A stretch of 64,000 nucleotides of DNA. Origin: Camelus dromedarius (taxonomy: Eukaryota). The stretch spans positions 109,432,001 to 109,496,000 of the forward strand of contig NC_087436.1 of the NCBI RefSeq assembly GCF_036321535.1, in the 5' to 3' direction. Both the position numbers and the translations under genes were made by a program. Numbering within the stretch: the first letter of the stretch is position 1; the number at the start of each line of letters is the position of its first letter. The notes under the pieces were generated by a model, which had not been told where the DNA came from, searched no databases, and saw only the letters and a program-made list of their open reading frames with translations. Shown one piece after another: positions 40,341-50,754 of the stretch.

Positions 40341-41229
40341 AAAACACCCCCCCAAACAAAAACAAACACATAGTTCATAAAGCAGGAAGAGAAAAGAAAA
40401 CAAAGAAAGCCATGAAAGTATGGAGGAGAGTCCATTTCTGTAAACTGATGTGTTCTCATTAAAAGAAACATTTTGCAAATGCCTGTTTTCCACACTCAGT
40501 CGGATACCTCTTACATAGAGGGAAGGCGGGCTGGGAACAAGAGACTATCAGTCCCTGACGGACCCTCCCAGAAAATGTCCTTTGCTCTTCTCTCCAGGGG
40601 AACGATGGACGGGCACAGATGAGAAGGGGCTGATATCCCACGTTCCATAATTTTATAAGAGAAAAAGTTCCCGTAGGATTTTCTTAGCCAAAGAATCTAG
40701 AAAGTGAAGGAAACACATTTTTGCCTGCTGTTTTGTTTATGAACAAGTCTTTCTCTCCTCTTAAAAAAACTGAAATAAATTTGTGTACTTTTTTCCAGAA
40801 GGAAAGGGAAAAAAAAAAAACCTCGAGTGCCGACACCTTGCTCCCTCATTCCTTTCTCAGTAACCTCCACATTTTTCGCTGATGTTGTCATTAGGGAATG
40901 CCAGGGAAAAAGCTCAGTGCTTCCTGGGAAAATGGCTTCAGTGAGGGAAGCAAGACAGCTGAGTGATAAGATAATTTAAACGGCAGTGGGAAAGACACTT
41001 AAAATGGCCAAGGGCATAAATGGCAGAAACAACAGGAATGAGAGGCTTGGAAGCTGTGACGTGGGCATCGGCTTGGGAGACCGTGGGAAAGGCACCCGGA
41101 GCACTCCCATGTTTTGTATGCTTCTTTCTATCAGAACAGGAACTTCTCAGGACTGGAAATACAGAATACAGCTATTGAAAATTCACCTTTCAAATTAGAA
41201 AAAAAAAGAATATAAAATGACTTCTGAAA

Positions 41230-41465
41230 GAGGAGAGAAAAAGCATTGACTGGGTCCCTATTCTGGACCAGACATGGTGCCCTGTATTTTCCTGGTATTA
41301 TTTATTCCTCGCTCAGCTCAGTAAGACAGGAATCCCTACTTCGGGTTAGTAAAGAAAGAAACTCAAGCTCAAAAAATATAAGCAAGTCACTCAGATATCA
41401 TCCTGCTGGTATGCAGAGGGCTTCCATGAGAGCTAGAGCTCCCTGACTCCGATTTCCAGGACAGC
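41230..41465 (-). mobile_element. MIR
   Basis: gcattgactgggtccctattctggaccagacatggtgc...agaaactcaagctc. Confidence 0.55.
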
Positions 41466-41839
41466 CCCATGTGCTGCTGTAATTCTTCCTAAAAGCAGGA
41501 ATAGGGATAGATAATAGTAAAAAACTGACAGATTCTTATTTTAGGAAAGAACCTAAGAGAACATACATGGAAATGCCTTTTTTTTTTTTTTGGAGTGTGA
41601 AATATTTCTATTTGACATAAGTTTGGTTTCAAATGAATGAAAAAGGAAAATGCAAACAGCAGAAATGACCCAGGCCAGCATATCAACTTATGAAACAGTT
41701 CATAAGCACAGAATAGGATGCTATAATCAAAATCTCCAAAGGTGACTCACCCAGAGAACAATATTAAAGTAATGTGCACACTTCAACATATGTCCCACCA
41801 CCACCACCCTACAGGAACAGATTAAATAACCATTTTACA

Positions 41840-42430
41840 GAATGGTTATCCCTTAGCCTATTTGCTCTCAGAGCCACATTTGGCTCTTCCTTTGCTCTTG
41901 ACTGAATCAAAGAGGGAAGGAGTGATGACCCCTTAGATTGGATGCCCCAGGCAACTGGTTTCTGGTTGGGTGTGAGGCCTGGGAGCAGATTGGAGAGATG
42001 GAAGAGGGAAGCCAAGAAAGTTTACCCTCTCTCTCTCGTCTCATTGTCCTCTCAGGCCCCAGCCACATTTCATCCATGGCCCAGGTCCTGCCAGGCAGGC
42101 CCACCTGTTCTGGTCCCCTCCAGGGGTGACCCCTACCCCTAGGTTCTGGAAGTGCTGCCACCTCACTCTGTCCTCTGGCCCAGGAGAGTAAGGGTTTCCT
42201 GGGACCGCAGAGAATGTCTCAGTGGCCACACAGACCCCTGCTGGACTCCTCAGCTCTGCCGTCCTGGTGGAACAAGTCCCCTACCCCTTTGATCCACACG
42301 CTCAAGTGGATTCTCTGTCCTGCTTAGGCTTCAGTCATGACAACTGGACGCAGAGCAACCCCTTGCCAAAGTGAGAGAAGGCTGATGTTTACTGCTTCAC
42401 TGCCCACTTCCTCCTCCGCCCACCCTCTCT
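41840..42430 (+). mobile_element. ERVL-class LTR (LTR33/LTR41-like)
   Basis: tggttatcccttagcctatttgctctcagagccac...ctggtttctggttgggtgtgagg; 3' boundary uncertain. Confidence 0.5.
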
Positions 42431-42784
42431 CCCAGGTCCTTCCTCCTTGGTCTGGTCTAAACTTTCTTCCCAAAAAAGATCTAAAACTTGGCTAAACAGA
42501 GGTTAACAAAAATTACCAAACATTCACCTTAGGATGTTACCTCTAAAGCGAATTTGCATTTAAGCCAGATTGCCACCTTCAATTTAAAGTAATAGAGCAC
42601 AAAAGACGTTATCAGTCAGACAAGGAAGAAGCTGTTTAAATTAAATTGTACTTCATCTTGACCCTAAAAATGGCTTTAACTCGGAAGCAACTTACTTGTA
42701 AGTCCATTTTTACCCTAGACTTTAAGCTAATCAAAGACACGAGGAACAATAAGAAACATGGAGGAGAAATACAAACGATTTCTC

Positions 42785-43010
42785 AATACGAACATTGACG
42801 GAAGTGTGTGTTACGTGTGGGGCATGGTGTTAACTGAGTTACATGCACGATCTCATTTAATTTCTGCAATAATCCAGCAAGGTAAGCATGATTCCCACCA
42901 TCTTATCCATGAGATGAAGAAAGTGAGGTTCAAAGAGGTTAAATGATATGTCAAGGTCAGAGTTAGTAAACTCTGGAGCCAGGATTTAGGTCCAAATCTT
43001 CTTTTCCTGC
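42785..43010 (-). mobile_element. MIR
   Basis: tctcatttaatttctgcaataatcc...gatgaagaaagtgaggttcaaagaggttaaatga. Confidence 0.8.
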
Positions 43011-43044
43011 TCATGTTATTTCAGTTTTGCAAGGACCTGATGAG

Positions 43045-43360
43045 CTAGGGAGATTAAAAACCATCGGGCCACGTGCTGGATTTGGTCCAAAGAGGAAGGA
43101 GTCTGTTCAGCACCAGTATGTTTAGAGTTTTTGGAGCTGATTTTTAAAAATGGAAAAAATGGGGGATCTAGCAAAAGTGGACCTACCTCCTGCAAGACAC
43201 ATTGGCCGCTGGCTTGTGGAGGGATTCAAGCTCTCAGATTTACAGCCGTCCTTATGTTTCTGTCATGACTTGCTATGACTTCCCAGCATTTTTCTTCACA
43301 CATCTGCTTCAGTAGCCTATGCTGTCTGCTTGGCCTGGTGTGCATTCGAGACATCTGCTG
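43045..43360 (+). mobile_element. hAT-Charlie MITE (MER102-like)
   Basis: gggccacgtgctggatttggtcc...gctgatttttaaaaatgg...tgcattcgagacatctg. Confidence 0.5.
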
Positions 43361-45039
43361 CAATGTTTATGCCGAGCATTAGTTTCTGGAAAACTGGGGT
43401 CTCACTCCATTGCTGTGAGCAGTGAACAACGAATAGGAACAAAGATCTCAGCGTAGAATACCGTGGTTCAAATCTCAGCTGTGTGATGTCTCAAGTTCCC
43501 CGTTTATCAAATGGGCATACCCTTAGTACTCACCTCATAATATTATTACAGGGATAAATAAATCATTATTTATAAAGAGCAAATAACGGTGCCTAATACA
43601 TACATACATCTCCTAACAAATACATATGCACATGCATGTATGTGTCTATGTATACAAGACACATACGTTTAAGAAAATAATTAATTACCTGAAAGTCAGT
43701 GTATATTAATGGAAAATCATTCAAGGAGTGGTCAGGAGAACTGGGAAAACTAAGTATTTCACATTTCGGAGGTCTCTGTTTTGATATTGACATGAGCAGT
43801 ATTTTCAGTGAGGCAGGGACAAAATCTGATAATATATATACAGAATTCTTCAGCCATGAGATGAGTATGTAAATACAATGACAGTTGAGTTTCAGGTGTC
43901 AGACTGATTGGCTCACCTACATGGAGACTCTGTGTCTTTTACAATTATGGGTTCTTGTGGGGAGATTAAGACTATAGATCGTGCTCCTCACTGGGTAATA
44001 GCTTGCAATTCATTACAATTAGAGTAATTCTGTGTAATTCTAGTGTATAGCACCTTCTTCCACACTGAGGTAAAAATACATTGATAAAACACAGGGCAAA
44101 TTCCATGATGTTTCTTTCTAAATTCTTCAGTTATTTCATTTTATTCAGGATAGTGTTCCACAATTTGCTTTCTTCTTTGAAAAAATGTTTAAAAAAGATA
44201 TGCAGGCATGCTATTCTATACTTAAATATAGTGGCAGAAAAAATAAAATCTCAGCCTTGCCATTTTAAAAAGATCCATATTTTTGTACTACTGCAATCTT
44301 AATAAAAATTGTCACCCCTCATGGTCCAGTCTCTGCATGCAGTAAAGTTCAAACGTTCCCGGTCTAAACACTTATTAGCAATTTAAAATGAATTTAATAT
44401 TTATTTAATTTCTCAAAAGCCATTGCAGGCAATACAATTCATCACCTGCAACAAACTTGCCAAAGCCTTTCCCTCCATTCTGCCCTTTGTTTTAAACCCT
44501 GAATTACTTTCAAACTGCATCAGAAGGATTCACTCAAGGTCCCTTCAGTTCCAGCTTCTGAGACCTTTCTTTTTCATTCAGTCTTATACCAACTCACCAA
44601 ATTCTTTGTTATTTAGATCCAGTTAATTTCTCTGGCCAAGTCTTATTCTCTTTTCTTCTGCCTCTCACTCTTTTCTCTGTCATTTTTTTGGATTCTACCT
44701 TAAAAAAAATGGGGGGAAAAAAAGATCTTAGCAAAGAGCTAGTAAAGGGTGCTTGACAATTTTTTTTTTTAAATCCCAAAGAGTGGGGAAAGTTGAACAT
44801 AATCTAGGTTAATTTCCATGGTTAAGCCTGCAGCTTTATTTTCACAGCCAGGAACGATGAAGGGTCAGATTCCAAAGTGTTCACTGTTAATGAGAACATC
44901 ATGATGATCATCCTAGTCATCTCCACCACCAACATCAACCTCCTTTTTATCATCAACAGTATCATTATTATTCACTTTTAATGTTTTAATTATGTACCAT
45001 GTGCCAGACACCATACTAAGTTTCTGACAAGCATTATCT

Positions 45040-45440
45040 CATGTCCATGGGGTGATGACTTCCATAATAATCCAGAAACCAATTCCTCCTTTTTCATAAG
45101 ATGTCCACCTCATAGCCCAAGATGAGTTTATCAGCTTCAACATCACAACCACGTTTGCATCCATAGCAAAGAGGGATGTGAAAAGTTGAAGGCAGACTCT
45201 AGACAACAGGATTTGACTTAATTTGCTGGATGAAACAGTGAGCTGTAATAGGTTCCTGATTAAGTGAATGCCATAACCCAAATCACCTCCTAAGCTGGGT
45301 CCAGCTGTCTCTTTTTTTTAAGATGTCACTGGAAATAGTACATTTCTTTTTCTTGCATCCATTAAGCTAAACTTCAGGGGTGTTATTATAAAAGAAGATA
45401 GCAGAACCCCTGGTGGTCTCCACTAAAGGAATTTCATTGT
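45040..45440 (-). pseudogene. Putative distal env-like fragments of the Gypsy element, split by the duplicated block at 45198-45309
   Basis: Minus frames give EIPLVETTRGSAIFFYNNTPEV*LNGCKKKKC (about 45435-45335) and HIPLCYGCKRGCDVEADKLILGY (about 45180-45110), Cys-containing and colinear with the upstream env pieces; weak. Confidence 0.35.
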
Positions 45441-45756
45441 ATTCTTTGTGTTTCTTTCAGTGTGTGGCTCAGGGCTTGACATAAAGTTTGTGTCCCATGA
45501 AAGTTCATCAGTTGAAAGAATAAACTCTGAGATGTAAGAGGGTCATGATGAACTGCTGACTTCAAAAAGGTTTCATGATGTAGATTTTTTGTAGATCTCT
45601 CAAGACTGAGATCTAATTGGGTAGAGACAGGGACTAGGCAATTCATGATGGAGTTTCTTAAGAGGAAAGACAGAGGTAGGTGTGTAGGCATGTTATACGT
45701 GAGGTCTGTGAGAAGAACCTAAATTCTGCAAATTGCACGGAAAAGATAAGATACCC

Positions 45757-46220
45757 ACAGGATGCTCTTCTTGATCAGAGTTTAATCAAGCTCCTCTGAA
45801 TTCTCTTCGCAATTAGGCCTCAAACTTTGGGCTTCTGTGTCTGTCTTTGCATTTTCCCAATTTTAGCAAGAATCCTGCTAAATCAACTGTATCCAGATTA
45901 TCAGGTTCTAATATCTGACCCTCCTCAATATCTGATCAAATTTCTCATGCCCCATGGTCCCCCGGTGATATCTGATCATCCTGGGCCGCCTTCAGCAAGA
46001 ATCCCATTTAACCAGAATCCCCCCACTCCAACCCTCATGTTTCCCTTCAGTAATTTTTCATCCACTTACCTCCCCTGCACCCAACCTTCCTCTTGACTAT
46101 AAATTCCCACTTGTGTTTTGCAACCAGTTCTATCCTGGGGTCTCTTTTCCCCTAGTGCAAGAGTTCCTCAATAAAACTGATTTTTACTGTTTTACTGTCC
46201 AGCTCAGGATTTCTTTGACG
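45757..46220 (+). mobile_element. MER31-like ERV1 solo LTR
   Basis: gtttaatcaagctcctctga...ttttagcaagaatcctgctaa...gatatctgatcatcctgg...ctataaattcccacttg...aataaaac...ttctttgac. Confidence 0.85.
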
Positions 46221-46229
46221 AAACTTGGG

Positions 46230-46810
46230 GACCGACAAGACTGGGAGGGTCTCCAAATCTAGACAATAGGGTTTTGACTTAATTTGCTGGATGAAACAGT
46301 GAGCTGTAATAGGTTCTTGATTAAGTGAATGCCATAACCCAAATCACCTCCTAAGCTGGGTCCAGCAGTCATGTGTAAGATGGATTAGAACAGAGAGAGA
46401 TTGAATACAATTAGGGGAAAGAGGGACTTTTTCTTGGTACTTAAATATAAACAGGTGACAACTTGAATGAAGTAGGAGCAGAGGGACTAGCAAAGCATTT
46501 TAAAAGGAAGAACTGACTGAATGGTTTTCATCAGATATTGAATTTAAAGAAGAGTGAGTCCAATTGTCTAGTCTTGGAGGTTTGCATAATGGCTGATCCT
46601 AGGAAAGAGAACGCTGGAACAAAAATAGAGCTGCCCTTGGGAGAAATAATTCACTTTTTGAAACCAGGAGAAGAATTGAGCGTCTAATTGGAGGTGTCTG
46701 AAATGTAAGTACAGTAGGAGGTGCGGATCAGAGGTCTTGAAGTTTGGCCTGGAGGTACTGGGGCTGAGCTCCGCGGAGGGGCGGTAGTGGGAACAGTGAT
46801 TGCTTAACAG
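46230..46810 (-). mobile_element. L2 fragment (continues on the other side of MER31 at about 45560-45750)
   Basis: aattcactttttgaaac...ggaggtgtctgaaatgtaag...gtttggcctggaggtactgggg. Confidence 0.55.
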
Positions 46811-47200
46811 CACAGTCCTCACTGCCTGCGAGCAAGGCGCGAGTTCTTTGTGGAGCCGGAATCTCCTGGTGGCACAGCAGGCGCCTGCGCTTAGTGCTGG
46901 CTGGTCCCCGGCTGAGACTGATAGAGGCGCCGTTGTGCGGGAGCCCTCCCACCGCAGGACACACCACTTCAGCCGCTGAGGCCGCTGACTTGCTTTTGTT
47001 CTCCTTTATAACCACACCAGTTTGGACCCTCTGACGGAGCCAGGTGACTATTCACAGGCTCCATGTGAGTTTTTGCAGTGAATCTAAGGGGACTTCGATG
47101 TCAGCCGGCCTGGACTTACAGGTTTGTTTTACTAATAAGATACAGACCGGATTCAATGATCTGTTGCAGTGAGTCTACCTGAGTGCATCCTGAAGGGGTT
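46810..47200 (-). pseudogene. Gypsy env-like segment 2 (F1 region), now CpG-rich
   Basis: One nearly open frame: CILLVKQTCKSRPADIEVPLDSLQKLTWSL*IVTW...GVVIKENKSKSAASAAEVVC; IEVPL at 47099-47085; same frame as ORF 46728-47015. Confidence 0.55.
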
Positions 47201-47209
47201 ATATTTTCT

Positions 47210-47810
47210 TATCTTTTTAGGTCCAAAATCGTAATACTGGACTCATCACGTAAGAGGTAGCCAGAGTGATCCTTTAAAATATAAGCGTAATTCCTCTGCT
47301 CAGACACACCCAATGCTACATTGTTGTCTTGATAAAAAAAAGTACTTACTACTAAGGCTCCAAATGACCTGGTCCGAGCTCCCTGTCTGATCTCATCTTT
47401 CCCTTCTGGCCACTCTCCTGCCAGCCTCAAGGCCTCCGTGGGCCATTGCCTTCTTGTGAAACATTCTTCCCTGATATGCCAATGGCTCCCTCCCTCCCGC
47501 AGGCTGTGGAATTTCGGTGAGTTCTTCCCTGACAACTACATAAAATACGGCAGTTCTGCCTCTCCCTTCACTCTTTCTTCCCCTGAACCTGTTTCGTTCA
47601 ACTTTAAAGGACTTCCCACCAACTGATGTCTCATGGACTTGTTCGTGTGCACATTGCCTTGGCCCTTCTCCCTAAGAGAATATAAGCATTATGAGGGTAT
47701 TGATTTTGGCTGTTAGTATAAACAGTTAATATAAGCTGCATTCCAATGCAAGGAACAGTATTTGGCACAGAGTAAATATTAATATATATATTATAATAAA
47801 TGAATACATT
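47210..47810 (+). mobile_element. L2 inserted between env-like segments
   Basis: gccagagtgatcctttaaaatataag...ccagcctcaaggcctccg...gaacagtatttggcacagagtaa...aataaatgaat. Confidence 0.8.
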
Positions 47811-47829
47811 TGAATGAGGGTTGGAGTAA

Positions 47830-48620
47830 ATTTCAACTTTTTGACGGTAAATAATCTGTTTCTTTTGTTACAGAAATCATTGCTTCAAGCTTGAGTTCAC
47901 AAAGGAGCCCCATCCTAAACCTTCTGTAACACCCCAACTGGAAGTGGTAGCTTTCTCCTCTGATCCACTGTATCTAGTTCTAACATGATTTCTAGCTGTG
48001 TGGACATGGGTTTGCTACTAACGATGATCCTGAACTTCACCATCTGAAAAATGCATGTCATCATCTCTCTCATGATGTGTGATACACGAAGACAAGTGAG
48101 ATAATGCAACCATGGTGCTTGACTTGTGCTCTGGCCAGTTTTTCCATCAGTGTTTCCTATAATTTTCAATTAAGTTGCAGGCTTTTGAAGAGCAGACATT
48201 ATGAGCGTGGACACTGATCCACTGATGAATGGCTGATCATCTCCTTCACACAGTAGTGATAGCTGAGGTTGATGTATAGGATAAATTTCTGATTGTACAT
48301 GAAGAGATGGATCTTGACATACTTTTTTTAGCACTGGTGATGGTTGCATAGCCTCCAGTAACTCCAGCAGTGTGAGAATATCCTACATATACAAGGACTA
48401 GAGATTTTATTTCAGTCTTGAAAATATTCCAAATCTAGGCTCTGGTTATTGATGATTTAGGTTGCTCGCATCCAGCTGAGAGAAAGATGGTATGTTAGTT
48501 TTTTGGGCTTAAAAACATATTCACATGTAATCTTATCTGATTCCTAATTTTAGGCCTGCCAGAATTGAAACTCAACCTTAACCATAATCATCACAAGCAT
48601 TACTTCTGAAGCCCTCCCAT
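47830..48620 (-). pseudogene. Gypsy env-like segment 1 (signal peptide, F2, furin site, fusion peptide, heptad region)
   Basis: ATG at 48620 or 48600 (MLVMIMVKV); YVFKPKKLTYHLSLSW at 48519-48472; tga-agg-aga-tga-tca-gcc-att at 48248-48228 reads as decayed RRRR/SAI; then PFISGSVSTL and MEKLARAQ; a frame of about 155 codons (48385-47915) has one internal stop. Confidence 0.6.
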
Positions 48621-48649
48621 GGATATGCTGTCCAGGATGCAATAATACA

Positions 48650-49460
48650 CCATGTGTCTTCTGAGTTAGTTAGAAAAGTGAGTTAGAGAAGGAGGGTGGG
48701 GGCGACTCAGAGGACAGGAGATGTAAAACCAGAGCAAGCAACAGAGGACCTCTTGAGGAAGACTGAAGACATGTCATGTAAAATCCAGAGGAGCTTTCTG
48801 CTTGTCACCAAATATAACACTCAGGCCTTGAGGTCAAAGTCTAACAGGATTTTATTGGCTCAAGCCTCCATAGCTTTGTCTCCACAAGATGTCTTACCAT
48901 TTCTTGTCCTTACACTAGGCATTGGTTATAAAGGAAGACCCAGCTGATTTTTCAGTGTGAACAAATGAATTCAATCACTTCAAACTCTCAGTGTGATTTA
49001 AGCCAATTAACACCCAGGCTTTTCATCTTTGTCAAAAAGTACTAGCAAAACTCCCCAGTGACCCTAATTCCTCATCCTTGGGCCAAAGATAGCATATTTT
49101 CCAAGTCCAGGTGTGTGGACTGGATGAATATACTTCCTCTTATCCATGACATTGCTGATGGGAGTGACCCCAACTTAATTATTGTATGTCACAGATCTGA
49201 AAATATTCACTGGGGCTCCAAGTCACACCCCAGGGAACAGAATATGTTCTGTAGCATTGACAAGGGTGTCGACTCCTTTCAGAATCAGAAATCCCTTGTC
49301 ATACACCCTTCTCTTCCAAATTTGCTACAACAAAAGCAGTATTTATGCCAATCTTTTTGGTACCTTGAAATGTATCACAAACTGCTAGCACATATTTTTA
49401 TAGGTGAGTACAAGGTTAACTTTACTCTTTCCGTATATAAACATTCTCACCTCATCATTT
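48650..49460 (-). pseudogene. Decayed Ty3/Gypsy DDE integrase with a GPY/F-type C-terminus
   Basis: Ordered motifs across frameshifts: KYVLAVCDTF (from 49397), NTAFVVANL, *QGISDSERS, TP-HQQCHG*EE (49160-49134, HPQxNGxxE-like), LENML, HWGVLLVLF, LGLPL, FDLKA* (48838) then FGDK, RGPL (48753), SPVL*V, HFSN*LRR (48680). Confidence 0.75.
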
Positions 49461-49484
49461 CTTAATGTTAAGTAATAACAAGCC

Positions 49485-49505
49485 AAAAAAAAAAAAAAAA
49501 AAAAA
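49485..49505. repeat. Poly(A) tract
   Basis: Seen directly. Confidence 0.9.
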
Positions 49506-49634
49506 GAAACCTTCTAAAGAATTGTCTGTGCAAGATTTAAGCTAGTTAAGTAAATATGGCTCCTGGTGTCTTGAAATTGTGTCTAAATAGAAAATATTCA
49601 TAAAAGAAAGCATATTGAGAGACCTAAGGCTTTC

Positions 49635-49985
49635 TCTTCATTCATTCAAGCAAGACATTACTGAACATTTAATTTGAGGCAGGCGCTGAGCAGATGCCTG
49701 CAAATAACTGACTACTTGGAAAACAGATGTGCTCACAGAGAGGCACAGAACAAAACAGAAGGTAACAAGCACCATATTGGGTTAATAAGCAATGCAAAAG
49801 GGGAAAGTAGAGGAAGGAAAAGATAGACTTTCGTGGCAACCAGCCCCTATTTTTTGGTTTCATTCATCACAATGGTAATTATTTATCCAATGTCTGTTTC
49901 TCCTCTAAAATATGAATTCCAGGAGGGCAGGGGTATGTGCATTTTTTCCCCTGTTGAATTACCAACACCTAATTTTAGGAACAGG
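49635..49985. mobile_element. L2 tail fragments in both orientations between integrase and RNase H
   Basis: ttcattcattcaagcaagacattactgaac...; tgtctgtttctcctctaaaatatgaattccaggagggcagg. Confidence 0.6.
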
Positions 49986-49989
49986 TTTC

Positions 49990-50460
49990 ACAGAGATCTT
50001 CAGCCTGGGTCAGCCAGGGTAACGCAAATCTCAGAAGCTGCCCCAACATCCCCTTTGACATACCTTTCAGAGTAAGCGCTCCAGGAGTTGTGGGGCTGTT
50101 GACAGTTACTCTCACCAGATAGGCACATAGCCAGAGTCTACAGAGCAGTCGGGAGAGGCCAAGAGGGCACCAAATTATCCCATGGGAGTGGCGAGTGGAG
50201 CTCCTCTAAGCACCTGATGAAATTCTCACTTCACTCCATCAGTGGAGATTGCAGTGGGATATCTTCATGGGAATTGGTGGTTAGGGATGTTTGCCCTTTT
50301 CATAAAGCTTAGCCCACTTCGCCCCCTGGTTTGTACAGCTGTGTTCATAGAGTCAAGTTCATGAATCCTTTACTGACGAAAAAGAAACTTGTATTCTTTT
50401 CCTTTGCATATTAGTTTTTTCCATCAGGGTCAGCCATTACTTACTAGTGCCAATTCAGTC
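49990..50460 (-). pseudogene. Decayed Ty3/Gypsy RT thumb/connection and RNase H
   Basis: Across frameshifts: MADPDGK, TSLTT, DIPL/ISTDG/SEV (TDG at 50243-50235; TDASxxG-like), NLVP/LSRLL (50154-50143), YVPIW*E*L (50129-50103; YxxxERExLA-like), RYVKG, LPWL (50022-50011). Confidence 0.65.
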
Positions 50461-50754
50461 ACTTAATTAAGTGTTCAATAAGCAGTTTTGGATGCATAAG
50501 TATTAGATGGATACATTTTCTGCTTTTAGAAATCCTACGTGGATATATTAAAGATTTAAAGAATGTGAAAGAAAATGCAACAAAGACTATTAAAAGCTAC
50601 ACAAACCCTTATAAACAAAGTCAAACTTGTATAACATTTAATTCATGTCATTCTAGATAATTTCCTGTGTATACATATGAATATGTATAAAATACAAAGA
50701 AATAATGCCTCAGGAACAAACAGAAGATGTCCTCCTTTTTCAAAATATTCTAAG

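Noticed and set aside
47915..48400. Endogenous bornavirus nucleoprotein (EBLN): minus-strand IFSHC and QPFISGSVSTLIMSALQKP resemble my recollection of BoDV N, as does plus-strand CVDWMNILP near 49110
   Set aside because: Short low-scoring matches on conflicting strands with wrong spacing; the colinear Gypsy pol-env reading explains the region much better.
48250..48480. Second RNase H (LDAS...ELL...HLFMYNQKFILY) downstream of the integrase, implying Copia-like order
   Set aside because: It needs many frameshifts and leaves no room for RT; a better RNase H lies upstream at 49990-50300.
48650..49460. Retrocopy of a domesticated integrase gene such as GIN1
   Set aside because: The motifs do not match the GIN1 sequence as I recall it, and flanking RNase H and env-like pieces indicate a whole element.
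47926..49505. Plus-strand processed pseudogene ending in the poly(A) at 49485-49505, with aaaccttct as TSD
   Set aside because: No recognisable protein on the plus strand (ORFs 48696-48947 and 49058-49465 are antisense to the integrase); a 9-bp match can arise by chance.
50318..50336. CTCF site (accagggggcg on the minus strand) inside the pol remnant
   Set aside because: Only a partial match lacking the 5' CC; not supportable without ChIP data.
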